This document shows positions 1 to 10,960 of a DNA stretch of 64,000 bases, in pieces. Numbering within the stretch: the first letter of the stretch is position 1; each line of letters starts with the position of its first letter. The stretch is from contig NC_043000.1 of the NCBI RefSeq assembly GCF_006345805.1, positions 48,670,001-48,734,000 of the forward strand, in the 5' to 3' direction. The DNA is from Octopus sinensis. Lineage: Eukaryota. The notes beneath the pieces were generated by a model. The model saw only the letters and a list, made by a program, of their open reading frames with translations, was not told the origin of the DNA and did not search any database. Both the position numbers and the translations under genes were made by a program.

Positions 1-392
1 AACGTTAATAATAACGCTAGTACCCAGAATGGGTATACATATTGCATATTTGATCACTCTATTAAAGTTCTATATACATAAGACTTTAATATATTTTTTT
101 AGTTGGAATCTTCACATTTACAAAGAAAAGCTATTTAATGTCAATATGAATGCATTTAAAGTAAGGGCGCAGAAGAAGAAGCAGTGTTTGCTATTCACTA
201 ATAAGTCCTAAAATGCGAGAAATATCTGTATGTATTATAATGTGCGTGATAAATATCACATTTGACAACTACTTCTGAAGCTTTACAAGATTATTCCTAC
301 TGCACATAGATACATGATACTTTTCTCTGTTACAAAAAGTATACTCCCGGGCATAATGACGCTTAAAATACACATGCACACTGACACTTAAT

Positions 393-431
<39 letters not shown>

Positions 432-2602
432 TACGTGCATTACTTAGATATATTCTCTGTAATATAACGTCGTAAATTAAACACAAAACCGTATATTATG
501 TTAAAGGATCTTTATTTCTTTAGCATTCACAATTCGAAAAGCCTTTAGAACTTATATTAATACTAAAATGATGAACAGCAAACCTTACACAAATTTATAT
601 GACAAAAATAACACTAGAACCCGAGACTTTTAATATTAAATACAGCAAAGTGCAGTTTGTGGTATAACACTGTGTGAATAAAATATGATGTGCTGCAAAT
701 ACAAAATGTGCTACAAATAAAAATAAATCAAGTACCGAGAAACATCTCAAAACGGAATATTGGATGTACATTGATTCAAAATGATTGATAACATTACAAG
801 GACAACAGTAGTTGTAAGGTTTGTCAGCATCGGTTGATTATTCTTTCTTTGCATTTCTTAACCTTCATCATTTTATATGCATGGCATTTGTCCCACTTCT
901 GATGTAACGAAACGCTGCACACCTAACACAAATCGTCTCAGTGCAAATGCAACCGATATTTGCATAAACACATGTACTTACTCCGGAAAGACAATTCAAT
1001 CTTTAATCTTATATACAACATTTATTTTCACCAATATCTACCGGATATATTAAATTAAAACGAAAAGAAATACATATCAAATGAAATGCATTGAAGACGA
1101 CCTAGTTTTTAATAAGATTAAAAGTTACAGCACAGTGAAATGTAATTGTCAGTCAGAAGATTAACATCCACTGCATACCAAAGAAATTCAATAGCTGGTA
1201 GGAATTTATTTGTTTAATGGAGCGAAATAAATGCATAGTAATATTGGAAAACTTTAGAGTAATAATATTGGAATTTAAATCAGACATCTGATTTAAAAAT
1301 CAAAATCGTTATTCGAAATCGTACAAATATAATTTTAACACTATATGAATTTTGTGATATGATTTTAATTAAATCGAATAGTTTATCTTTTCAGTTAAAA
1401 ATTGCTTTTTCTGTGTACCGAAAACAAATTATTTAATAATTAACGAATAGATTACAAGATTTCTTGCCGAAAAAATCTTGTGTCTCTCTTTGGTTACTTA
1501 GTTACATATTTGCATTAATATTGTTGATCTATGAACACAGATGTAATATTATCTCAACTTATGGGATTTCTTAAATATCTCACATATCAAAACGCAGCTG
1601 TTACTATATATTCAGTTTAGAAAAATGATTATCTTTAACTTTCAGCTAATGCGTTCTGTCATCTCATCCTCATTTACATATGAAACGTACAAATCCGAAA
1701 ACAGACGGGTAGCCGTTGTACAACTAGAGTAAGGAGGAGAAATAAAATAGCAGACTGAGATGTAAGTTATTGATATAATCTTAGAGATTTTTAGTTGACT
1801 GAAACTTTTATAGCAAAACATTCTAGAATAAATTTACATATGATGTTTTTAATCGTAAAAGTATATATATATATGTCCGCACATCAGAACATGCAAATGT
1901 AATTGGAACTAAATATTTGAACAGTCATGCTATCTGAAAACACTTAAGTTGTTTGAAAATTCGTAACGATTTTTCATTTGTACTAATAATTCTTTGTAAG
2001 CATTGATGACAATACAAATGTATCAATTAGACATGACGCACTTTGGGCGGGTCAAATTTCATTCCAACAATTGATATGAAATCGACAATAGGAAAATGAA
2101 ATAACTATTAGTATGGTTTATTTTTATTAAATGCTTGTTTCACATTTTGGCACAAGGCCAGTAATTTTTGGTGAAGGATTTAAGTTGATTAATGGAACTT
2201 CAATTCTTCTAACTTCATGATGTCTTCTGAAATCCAAAGCATTTTTTTCTTTATTTCAAGGCCTGTATCTATATTTACGTTACGCACTGGATAACACATT
2301 AGTCTCTCATTTGATTGTTGCAGTAGCATGTCAACTTCTTTTCAGACGATAAAATATGCTACTATTCAAACCTCTTGATCAATCCTATCTGGAGAAAGAA
2401 GTAATGTGAATGGTCCCACGACCTTTTCCTTAGTTTACCATAGCCGACTCCAGAAGAGTCATTACTAGACTGAAATTTAATTTATAAGCATGAAAAGGGT
2501 TCTTTACTAGATTGAAGTTTAAATTATAAACATGGAAGGGTGAAATGAAGAACAAAATTCGGAAGGATTTGAACTCAGATTGCAAACAGACGGAACAAAT
2601 AT

Positions 2603-2956
2603 TCTATTCTACACAATGCCCGAAATTTTGGAGGAGTGGGCGTGTCGATAAGATCGACCTCAGTACGCAACTGGTACTTAATTTATCGACCCGAAAAGAG
2701 AAAAGGCAAAGTCGACTTCGGCGGAATTTGAACTCAGAATATGAAGACAGACGAAATACCTATTTCTTTACTACCCACAAGGGGCTAAACACAGAGGAGA
2801 CAAACAAGGACAGACAGACGGTACTTAATTTATCGACCCCGAAAGGATGAAAAGCAAAGTCGACCACGCCGGAATTTGAACTCAGAACGTAACGGCAGAC
2901 TAAATTCGGCTACGCATTTCGCCCGGTGTGCTAACGTTTTTGACAGCTCGCCACTT
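2603..2956 (-). mobile_element. Dimeric tRNA-derived SINE (family A)
   Basis: On the minus strand: head GGCGAGCTGTCAAAAACGTTAGCAC, B-box-like GAGTTCAAATTCC and central TTTCATCCTTTCGGGGTCGATAAATTAAGTAC. A second monomer is joined through the linker TATTTCTTTACTACCCACAAGGGGCTAAACACAGAG (+ strand), which is also seen at 41525. Confidence 0.85.
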
Positions 2957-3863
2957 TCAGACAGAACAAAAATATTGTGGAGCATTCTATTCGAATCGCA
3001 AAAGATTTTGGATATTGTTAATTTTCTCTTATATTTTTTATAATAAAACCAGAAGGTATTTTCCTCCTTTATAAAAAAAGATAGCTATGGATATTGGTAA
3101 AAAAATTCTGAGATGAATTTTCCCCAGGCAGTCCAGTTGCAGAACCAACTGTACTTAGTATGATGCTCTTGTGTTATCATAGCACATCAACATTCAGTGT
3201 AACAAAGATTATTTTTATTCAACAGTATGAATATTGATTGATTTCGAAGCAACTTAGCTGCTTCGATTGTAAAACGAATTTCGTAGGATGATAGAAGAGG
3301 AGATTTCATTATTTTCGTTGTAAATGATACTGATTGCATTATTTCTTTTCTGCTTCTTCTTTGATAAATCTATATTTTATACGCAAGGCAATGAATTGTT
3401 CTGAAAATGAAGATAACAATGGTCAACATTGTTCGATAAGAAAGGTCACTTAGTAATTCTTAGTAATTTCGATTTTATATATAATGTGTGCGTATGTCTG
3501 TAAGGGAAGGCATGAAAATTACGTTCTGTTCTACTTAATAATTCTATTTCAAGTACTACTACATGATCAACTTATTTTCAGATAATCGAGTGAATTCTTT
3601 AACTTTTCCTCACCTATACCAGACCAATTATATTTACATAAGTGCTGTGGAGGGAGCTACATGAGCTATATCTACATCTACCAGCTACAGGGGTAGATGA
3701 CTGTAGTCCTGAAGGAACATTGAGTACTCTCTTGAATTTTGCATCGCTCTAATCAACAAGATAAATCGAATGCCTTTATGTGGTCACAAATCTAGGAATG
3801 ACACATAAATGTCTCTGAAATCAAACCCTACCACCTTTAAAAAGAGATTCCATAATGTGTCTA

Positions 3864-3864
<1 letters not shown>

Positions 3865-3929
<65 letters not shown>

Positions 3930-3948
3930 TGTGTGTGTGTGTGTGTGT
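3865..3948. repeat. (TA)n(TG)n compound microsatellite
   Basis: Seen directly in the sequence. Confidence 0.95.
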
Positions 3949-3963
3949 ATTTATATAAATAAA

Positions 3964-4230
3964 GATAAGATCGTTATTTAAATACCGATCTTATCAGGTG
4001 GCCAGCATGGGAATAAAAACCTCCAAAGGTAATGATTATTATTGAAAATATAATTTAGGGTATCCAAGAGAGACAACATATTTTCGACTAGGAGAGTGAA
4101 CGGAGAATCAAATTGAAAAGAACCAGTAAAACAGGGTAAAGTATTTTGGACAGCACTCTAAATGTACCACCAGCCAAGTTTTGGCTGCTATTTCCAGCGT
4201 GGTGGTATCTCTTACATACCCTAAATTATA
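3964..4230. other. Structured non-coding element between microsatellites (palindrome plus MITE-like inverted repeats)
   Basis: 32-bp palindrome at 3964-3995 with one mismatch; 26-bp inverted repeats at 4049-4074 and 4205-4230 with three mismatches; internal hairpin CAGCCAA-GTT-TTGGCTG at 4171-4187. Confidence 0.6.
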
Positions 4231-4236
4231 ATATAT

Positions 4237-4288
<52 letters not shown>

Positions 4289-4300
4289 ATATAATATATA

Positions 4301-4336
<36 letters not shown>

Positions 4337-4424
4337 TGTATGTAGTATGTATGTATGTATGTATGTATGTGTGTGTGTGTGTGTGTGTGTTAAGCATATG
4401 TAGTCGACAATATATATATATATG

Positions 4425-4459
<35 letters not shown>

Positions 4460-4460
4460 G
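4231..4460. repeat. (TA)n/(TATG)n/(TG)n/(GATA)n compound microsatellite
   Basis: Seen directly in the sequence. Confidence 0.95.
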
Positions 4461-5628
4461 ACAGGAAGTAGACGATCTTATTACTCATTGATTCAGGGTA
4501 TCTGAATAATCCCGACAAATACGGTGATTATTCCGAATAAAAGACTCAGTCATAGTCGACTCACTTAGGAAAGAACAGACTTTACTTTAGCTGATATAGA
4601 AATTAGAGGACCACAGATCTATGCGTGAGAAAGGAATATTTTAGAGTATAAACGTGCGAGAAAAAAAAATCATTCAGCATTTAATCCTCTTGGAAGTCAA
4701 TATCTAAGGTACTTCACTTTGTATGCTATTCTGTAATATGGCAATATTCAAACATACCTGCGTACAATATTTGCTAGTTACCCAATGACTCTCTCATCAT
4801 TATATCAGATACAATAAGATATTTTCTTACTGGGGAAATTTGATAAGACCGAATGGTATGCAGAGTTATGTATGACAATAATTAAACAACAGCTTCACTA
4901 TTTGTGATTGCTTTTTAGATGTTAATTGCAGTAAGTATGACAAGTAGATTCACAAAAATTTGCATACCGTGTAAAGAATGGATTTATTTTAGTTTTATAT
5001 TTAATTTATTGTTTTTCCTCGTTTGCTATGGCAATTAATGAGGAAAGGTGTCATTGGTTACAGGTTTCCAATAGATTAATCACTGGTTCACTGAATATCT
5101 GACATCGAGAGTAACAGCGTCTGTAGCTCCACTATATATGAGTCATGCGACAGATGGCGTATATATTTGACCTTTGATGTCACGATAATTATAGCAATCA
5201 TATCATTAACAACAATACTAATCATCATAGTGATGTTGCTGATGACAATGACGTCAATATTAATAGCGATATATCTGCTGATGATGATGGTGCTGTCTGT
5301 AAAATCCTAGTGATAAATTGTATGACTTTTGATCATAATACACATAAGAAATTTAAATGATCAAAATATAACAAGAACAGTAAGTAATTTCTAACAGAGG
5401 CTAAAAGTCAGAAATTTGGTTGGGGCAAAAGATAGTTATTTCAATCAAACTCGTACTTGAGTGATACTGTATTTTATCGACTCTGGAAAGACTGAAAGAC
5501 AAAGTTAAACACAGAAGGATTTGTATTCAGAACGTAATCATAACGCAAAGAGCGTGAAGTAAAGGCCTTTTATAGTTGCAGCAGAAGTATATAACTGAGG
5601 GACACGTCTTTATTGCCTGAAGAAGTTA

Positions 5629-6139
5629 TTATACGAAGCCCTGTATACTCATCATCACTACCCGTCTGATAAGGGCACACCAGGCACACGCTTCACAACC
5701 ATATGTGTGCGACATGATGATCTCATATCAAGATAAACAGCGCATGACCTTGCAGGTGGGGCCCAGTTAGAATTTCCTTCTGGTCGAGTAACCCATTCCG
5801 CTCAAAGTGTCCCTGAATAAGGATTGTTTAAGGATCTTGAACGAACCAACCATATTTCCAAAGGTGAATTATCCAAACCTCTAAGAATTCCTTTCAGCAC
5901 ACGGCTATGATGCTCCCCCCACTACTTCTGCTCATGATCAGAGATGCAGATATCGTCAGCCACTGGGGGACATGGTCAACTGGTTATGGTCAAACAACTG
6001 ACTAGCAAATCTGTGGTATTGAGCAGAATATTTGCTGTAGTCTATCTTTTATACCAAGACAAAACGGTGTACATGATAACACTTTCAATCAGTTAAGATC
6101 AGAAGCCCTGAGAGCCACTGTCAGGTATTGCATCAGAGC

Positions 6140-6141
<2 letters not shown>
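5629..6141 (-). mobile_element. Non-coding interspersed repeat embedded in (AAT)n; probable non-autonomous retroposon
   Basis: 5629-5820 aligns with a second partial copy at 6477-6620 (TATACGAAGCCC...CAGGCACA...GGTCGAGTA...CCCTGAATAA). It runs directly into the (ATT)n tract and has no ORF. The strand is inferred from tail polarity. Confidence 0.7.

Positions 6142-6206
<65 letters not shown>
6142..6206. repeat. (ATT)n microsatellite
   Basis: Seen directly in the sequence. Confidence 0.97.
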
Positions 6207-6208
<2 letters not shown>

Positions 6209-6435
6209 GTCGGTGAGCTGGAAGAATTGTTAGCATGCTGGGCCAAATCCTTAGCGGTATTTCGCCTGTCGGTACGTTCTGAGTTCAAATTCCGCCAAAG
6301 TCAACTTTGCCTTTCATCCTTTCGGGGTCGATAAATTAATTAGCAATTGATACTGGAATTAATGGAATCGACTATCCACCTCACTGAAATTCCCGGCTTT
6401 GTGCCTATAGCAGAAAGGATTATTATTGCTATTAT
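6207..6435 (+). mobile_element. tRNA-derived SINE (family A), monomer with (ATT) tail
   Basis: Head CGGTGAGCTGGAAGAATTGTTAGCA, B box GAGTTCAAATTCC, central GCCTTTCATCCTTTCGGGGTCGATAAA and 3' end GTGCCTATAGCAGAAAGG followed by an ATT tail. Confidence 0.88.
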
Positions 6436-6620
6436 TGAGTGAGAGTGCATGCCATCAAAGTGACACAGAGGTAAAATATACGAAGCCCCCATCAGGACTA
6501 CTCCTCTGATAACGGTTCAGCAGGCACAGGCATCACAATCATATGTGCGTGACATGGGGATCTCAAATCAATTTTCTTCAGGTCGAGTAGCTTATCGTTC
6601 TCAAAAGTTCCCTGAATAAA
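6436..6620 (-). mobile_element. Second, truncated copy of the (AAT)n-associated non-coding element
   Basis: Homologous to 5629-5820. On the minus strand it ends ...CACTCTCACTC-AATAAT. Confidence 0.7.
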
Positions 6621-7281
6621 CTTATGTTTCGTTTTGCTGACTCCTAGTCTCACCCAACGACCACAAGAGGCAATAAGTTAGAAGTTCAAGTTGTGTTATG
6701 ACCAGAGTGCCATATATTTGGTTTTGTTCAGAGTATCGTTCTAGAAAATATCTCTCAAAGCTTAAGTAAATTAGAAGATTGTTTTAAAGGTAATTTGATT
6801 AAAAGATGATAGTGTTATGTTAAGATGACCATAAAAGGCGTTTGCTATTATGTAGATTGAAAAATATTTCAACACTGTTTCCAGATTAAAATATTTGAGG
6901 GATTACATAGACAATATATTACGTAGAATATGAGCACTACTTTTTGAATATTCGTCTGGTAGCTTCTTTTAGGCAGGGACTGGTCTTGGGCTGTTTTAAA
7001 AGACCATCCCGTCCCTGATTTTAAGCCAGAAGACATTAACCGTTGATGGATAAGGGTTTTGTGAACATCAGCATTATTAGCTCTCTTTGGGTATTTGCCA
7101 TTGAGGGATTTTTCTTGCCATTTATCAGTGAGAATATCTAAATCAGCAGTTTTAACAAGGGTTTTCATGCGCTTAACTTTTTCTGTGATTGTATCTAGTA
7201 CGTCTAATTCTGGGTTTTGTTTTATCTGGACTTATATGTTTCCAGTTCACCTAATTCTGGGATTTGTTGTGTTTGGAATGG
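6621..7281 (-). mobile_element. Decayed R4/Dong-like non-LTR retrotransposon fragment 1
   Basis: ORF 6869-7168 reads KWQEKSLNGKY...LMSSGLKS...AQDQSL..RSYQ. This matches the W..K.LHG.Y / LK.ETE..I.AAQDQ.L.T..Y segment preceding the CCHC finger of RLE-type LINEs. 6621-6760 is a probable 3' UTR. Confidence 0.7.
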
Positions 7282-8250
7282 AATTATTATTATCACTGCT
7301 TTTGCACAGCTTCTAACGTTGGAAATGTACTACAGTGTCAGCTGTTCACTACCGGTGAACTAAGGTAACATCTCTTATTTTTCGAGCACCTTCCGGAATA
7401 TTCGAGTGGTCCCAAAAAGTGCTGTTTTCTGCAAGTGATCCACCCTTATTGCAGCCCCTATGTGTTCCACGTACTTCTCGAGATTTTTGCTCACTGTTCC
7501 CAGGGCTCCGACACTTATTGGTACTACTGCTACCTTTTTCATCGACCACAACTGCTTAACTTTCCAAGCTAACCTGTCATATCTGTCGACTTTTCTTTCT
7601 TCCTTACGCATACCTTGTTGTCAGCTGGGCTTGCTATATAAATGATACAGCATAGTTTGTTTTCTTCTCAGTTATGTCTGTCTGGCTTCCTATTCTCTAT
7701 CTTATGGTCACACTGAATCATAAAATCCCATAGGATCTTTGCATTTCTATTTTCGATGATGCCTTTATATAGTGGCTATATTGTCTGGGCGTCTCTTATA
7801 TTCCTTCTGGGCTAGTGGCGTACATTGGCTGGTAACATACCATATATTTTCACCCTTTTGTCCACAGATTCTGCACTTACCACTTTTTGCTGTGTTGTCT
7901 ATTATGTATTTTATGTAGTTTGTTCTTAGTGCTTGCTCTTGGGCAGCACAGATTACAGCCTCCATTTCCGGTTTTAAATCACTTTTAGTCATCCACAGCC
8001 ACCTTTTTTCTCTGCCTGTCTCATCAACAACATCCCTATGAAATTGATCATGCATTCTTTTCTTTACCCACCTATCTTCACTTTCATTCGTTTTGAATTT
8101 CTTGTATAGTGCTTTATCTTTGCAATATTTCATCCTACACAAGCCTGACCGTCTTACTCCTAATAATAGCGGTTCTGGGGCATTTTTACACACCATGCTA
8201 TGTTGTTTTCTTCTCCTCTAATGCTCACACATTATCCAATATCATAATTT
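7282..8250 (-). mobile_element. Decayed R4/Dong-like non-LTR retrotransposon fragment 2 (CCHC + RLE + 3' UTR)
   Basis: Motifs ICAAQEQALRTNY, CRICGQKGE..YVTSQCTPLAQKEYKRR, KILWDF..CDH..ENRKPD, K..RY..L..VVPISVGALG and LQKTALFGT. The 3' end runs into GATAATAATAAT. Confidence 0.9.
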
Positions 8251-8882
8251 TATTGATTGAAGATATTGTGCTTACCGGGTGTCTGTACTGTCTGTCAAGT
8301 CATAATATGAACTGATAGAACATTACGCAATATGCGCGCAGTTCCAAGTAATGCCCATTTTTTGCAATACACCTAGATTGTAGGGAATTTCTAAAGTTTC
8401 TAGATGTTTCTTTAGCGTGGTAGGTATTGAACCCAATGCTTCGATGAAAACAAGAATAACCTTTATGTTTGACTTTCGTAGTAGCCACCTCTTAGCGATC
8501 TCAATTCTCATGTCTTCATATTTTTCAATGTTTTCTCTTTCTTTCACGATGATATGTTGATCCCCTGGCACTGCCACTTTATTTATTCGGTACTCTTGTT
8601 TGTCCCTCTTAAATGTTACTATATCCGGCTTTCGGTGCTCTAACACCTTGTCTGTCTGGAAGTTAAAGTCCCAGAGTATTTTTGCCTTCCCCGTTTCGTC
8701 CATTACCTTTTCCGGTGTATGTTGGTACCAACCAACCGTTACCTCGTATCCGTACTTCCGGCATAGTAGCCAGTGAAGCTTTTGGGCTACCTTGTCGTGT
8801 CTGCACTTATACTCTTTCTGCGCAAGACATTCACAAGCACTAACAAAGTGAGTTACGCTTTCGATCCTCTTCCCACACTTAA
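8251..8882 (-). mobile_element. Decayed R4/Dong-like non-LTR retrotransposon fragment 3 (CCHC + RLE)
   Basis: HFVSACECLAQKEYKCRHDKVA..LHW lies upstream of ORF 8323-8703, which reads KILWDFNFQTDKVLEHRKPDIV...EKYED...EALG (PD-(D/E)xK-type endonuclease). Confidence 0.9.
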
Positions 8883-8884
8883 TG

Positions 8885-9228
8885 CAGATTACATCGATTT
8901 CAGTGATTAACTGGTACTAACTTCATCGAGCTCGAAAGGTGAAAAGCAAAGTCGACCTGGACAGAATTTGTAATTTAGAATCAGTCTACAAAAACCGACA
9001 AAATGTTGCTAAGCATTTTGTCCGATATACTAACGATTCTGACAGCTCACTACCTTAATACTAATATTAAAAAACCCTTTTGGGGAAATGACACTCAACT
9101 GGTACTTATGTCATCGACCCCAAAACGATGAACGCAAAGTCGTCCTCGGGGAAAGTGTGACTCAGAACGTAAGAACGGATGAAATGCCACTAAGAAATTT
9201 GTCCGGTGTGTTAGAGATTCTGCCCCTT
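8885..9228 (-). mobile_element. Two tandem degenerate family A SINE copies
   Basis: CTGGTACT..TCATCGA...GCAAAGTCG...head motif occurs at 8885-9056 and again at about 9075-9228. Confidence 0.75.
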
Positions 9229-9234
9229 AATAAC

Positions 9235-9317
<83 letters not shown>

Positions 9318-9341
9318 TAATGACAGTAACAACAACAACAA
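9229..9341. repeat. (AAT)n/(AAC)n microsatellite
   Basis: Seen directly; it produces the spurious poly-N and poly-I ORFs. Confidence 0.97.
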
Positions 9342-9717
9342 CCGTTATAAAGGCTTCAGGGTTCGGTATCTTAATAACTGTTAAAACAGTATGATACATA
9401 CGCTTGTGGGGTGTTAGAGGATTTGAATAAAATCAATAAAAATGTTTGTGCTGTTATATTTCCAGAGATTATAATGCCAAGTGAGTTAAATTACGCATTC
9501 CATTAGGTCATAATTTTATATCCTCCTGTGTATTTACAGTTTTCATTAACCTAATCTTAGTTCCATGCGATGCCAGCTTTAACACTAACGGGAAACGTTT
9601 ATAATAAATCTGATAAAGGAATGTGCCTTACCTGTAGTTGTATCTCTGCGTGTAGTTGTTGATAAAATATTTATTTGAGATTGGCAACGTTATATTACTT
9701 AATAAACTCAAAAGTAG

Positions 9718-10108
9718 AGGCGCAGACGCAGCTGCGTGGTAAGGAGCTTTCTTCTCTTCCAAACTACATGGTTCGGGGATCAGTCTCACTACGTGACACC
9801 TTCGGCAAGTGTCTTATACTACAACCTCGGGCCGACCAAAGCCTTGTGAGTGGGTTTGGTAGACGTAAACTGAAAGAAGCCCGCCGTGTGTGCGTGTATA
9901 TGCGTGTGTGTGCATCATTTGTCTCCTACCACTGCTTGACAAACGATGTTGATGTGTTTACGTCCCTATAACCTAGCCGTTCTCCAAAGGAGAATGATAG
10001 AGTAACTACTAGGCTTTTAAAAAATAAGTCGTGGTGTCGATTTATTCCAGTAAAGCGCTTCAAAGCTGTGCTCCAGTATAGCCGCAGTCAAATGACTAAA
10101 ACACATAA
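9718..10108 (+). mobile_element. tRNA-derived CORE-like SINE (family B), diverged
   Basis: AGGCGCAG head, CORE-like motif ACCTTCGGCAAGTGTCTT, GGCCGACCAAAGCCTTGTGAGTGG, an internal TG tract and 3' end GCCGCAGTCAAATGACT. Confidence 0.85.
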
Positions 10109-10883
10109 CACTATTCTAATTTCTTTTTATGTGAGGACAAAATATGCAATTCTAATTGTAGATAACTTCAATCATTTTTATGACTAATTTTAATTACATA
10201 TATATCGTTTATCTCTATTGTGATATTTTCATTGTCTATGCGCGTAGCAAAATTATAGACTTGTTTCATGCTCGTTTGAAAACTGAACGAAATATGTCGG
10301 GTTTAATTGACTGATAAAGCTTTATATTCATAAAATAAAATAAAACATCTCTTTCTTTTATATTAAGAGTTTCAACACTATTTCTCTATCCTTTTAATCT
10401 AAATCTTTCTCAGACGCCTTTTCTCTCATCGAATCATTTAAAGGTGATTATACACTTTTACACGCCAATTTGTTTCAAATTATAATCGATTTGATGTTTT
10501 CTGTCACAAATAGTTCAAACTTTACTAGCAAATGCAATTATCATTTCAAAGTAGAACGTAGAAAGAATTACAGTTATGTGGTGCGAAGCAACCAGGCGTT
10601 CAAAGACAAATCTAACTCGGAACAAAGTGGGACAACATGCATGTTTTCACAATTATCAATATATGATATCACAAATCAGGAATTAGATGTGTCAAACTGA
10701 ATGATTCAAGCTTTCCTAATTGAACGGAAATATAGCCAACCTTCCTACAAGAAGTCTGATTATATAAGAAAAAATATGGATTAATGCAATATAGTGCAAG
10801 ATACACAATTATTTTATTCAGACTGCTTTATATTGGTGTATTTTCACTACCTCGTGTAATGTGTTACTGGAAACCTATTAGTA

Positions 10884-10929
10884 AATAACAATAATAATAA
10901 TAATAATAATAATAACAATAATAATAATA

Positions 10930-10960
<31 letters not shown>
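10884..10960. repeat. (AAT)n abutting (ATT)n, forming a palindromic microsatellite
   Basis: Seen directly; the polarity switches at about 10930. Confidence 0.95.

Noticed and set aside
5612-5640. CTGAAGAAG possible hammerhead start
   Set aside because: It is cut off by the adjacent element, with no GAAA or helix III.
6040-6141. HDV-like ribozyme or U2 snRNA similarity at the end of the AAT-associated element
   Set aside because: P1/P2-like pairings exist, but P3/L3 and the catalytic J4/2 C-R-A are missing. The U2-like match (ATCAGTTAAGATC) is too short.
6207-6295. tRNA genes at SINE heads (also 15316, 41670-41756 and 63836)
   Set aside because: A/B-box-like motifs continue into SINE bodies, and no complete cloverleaf could be folded.
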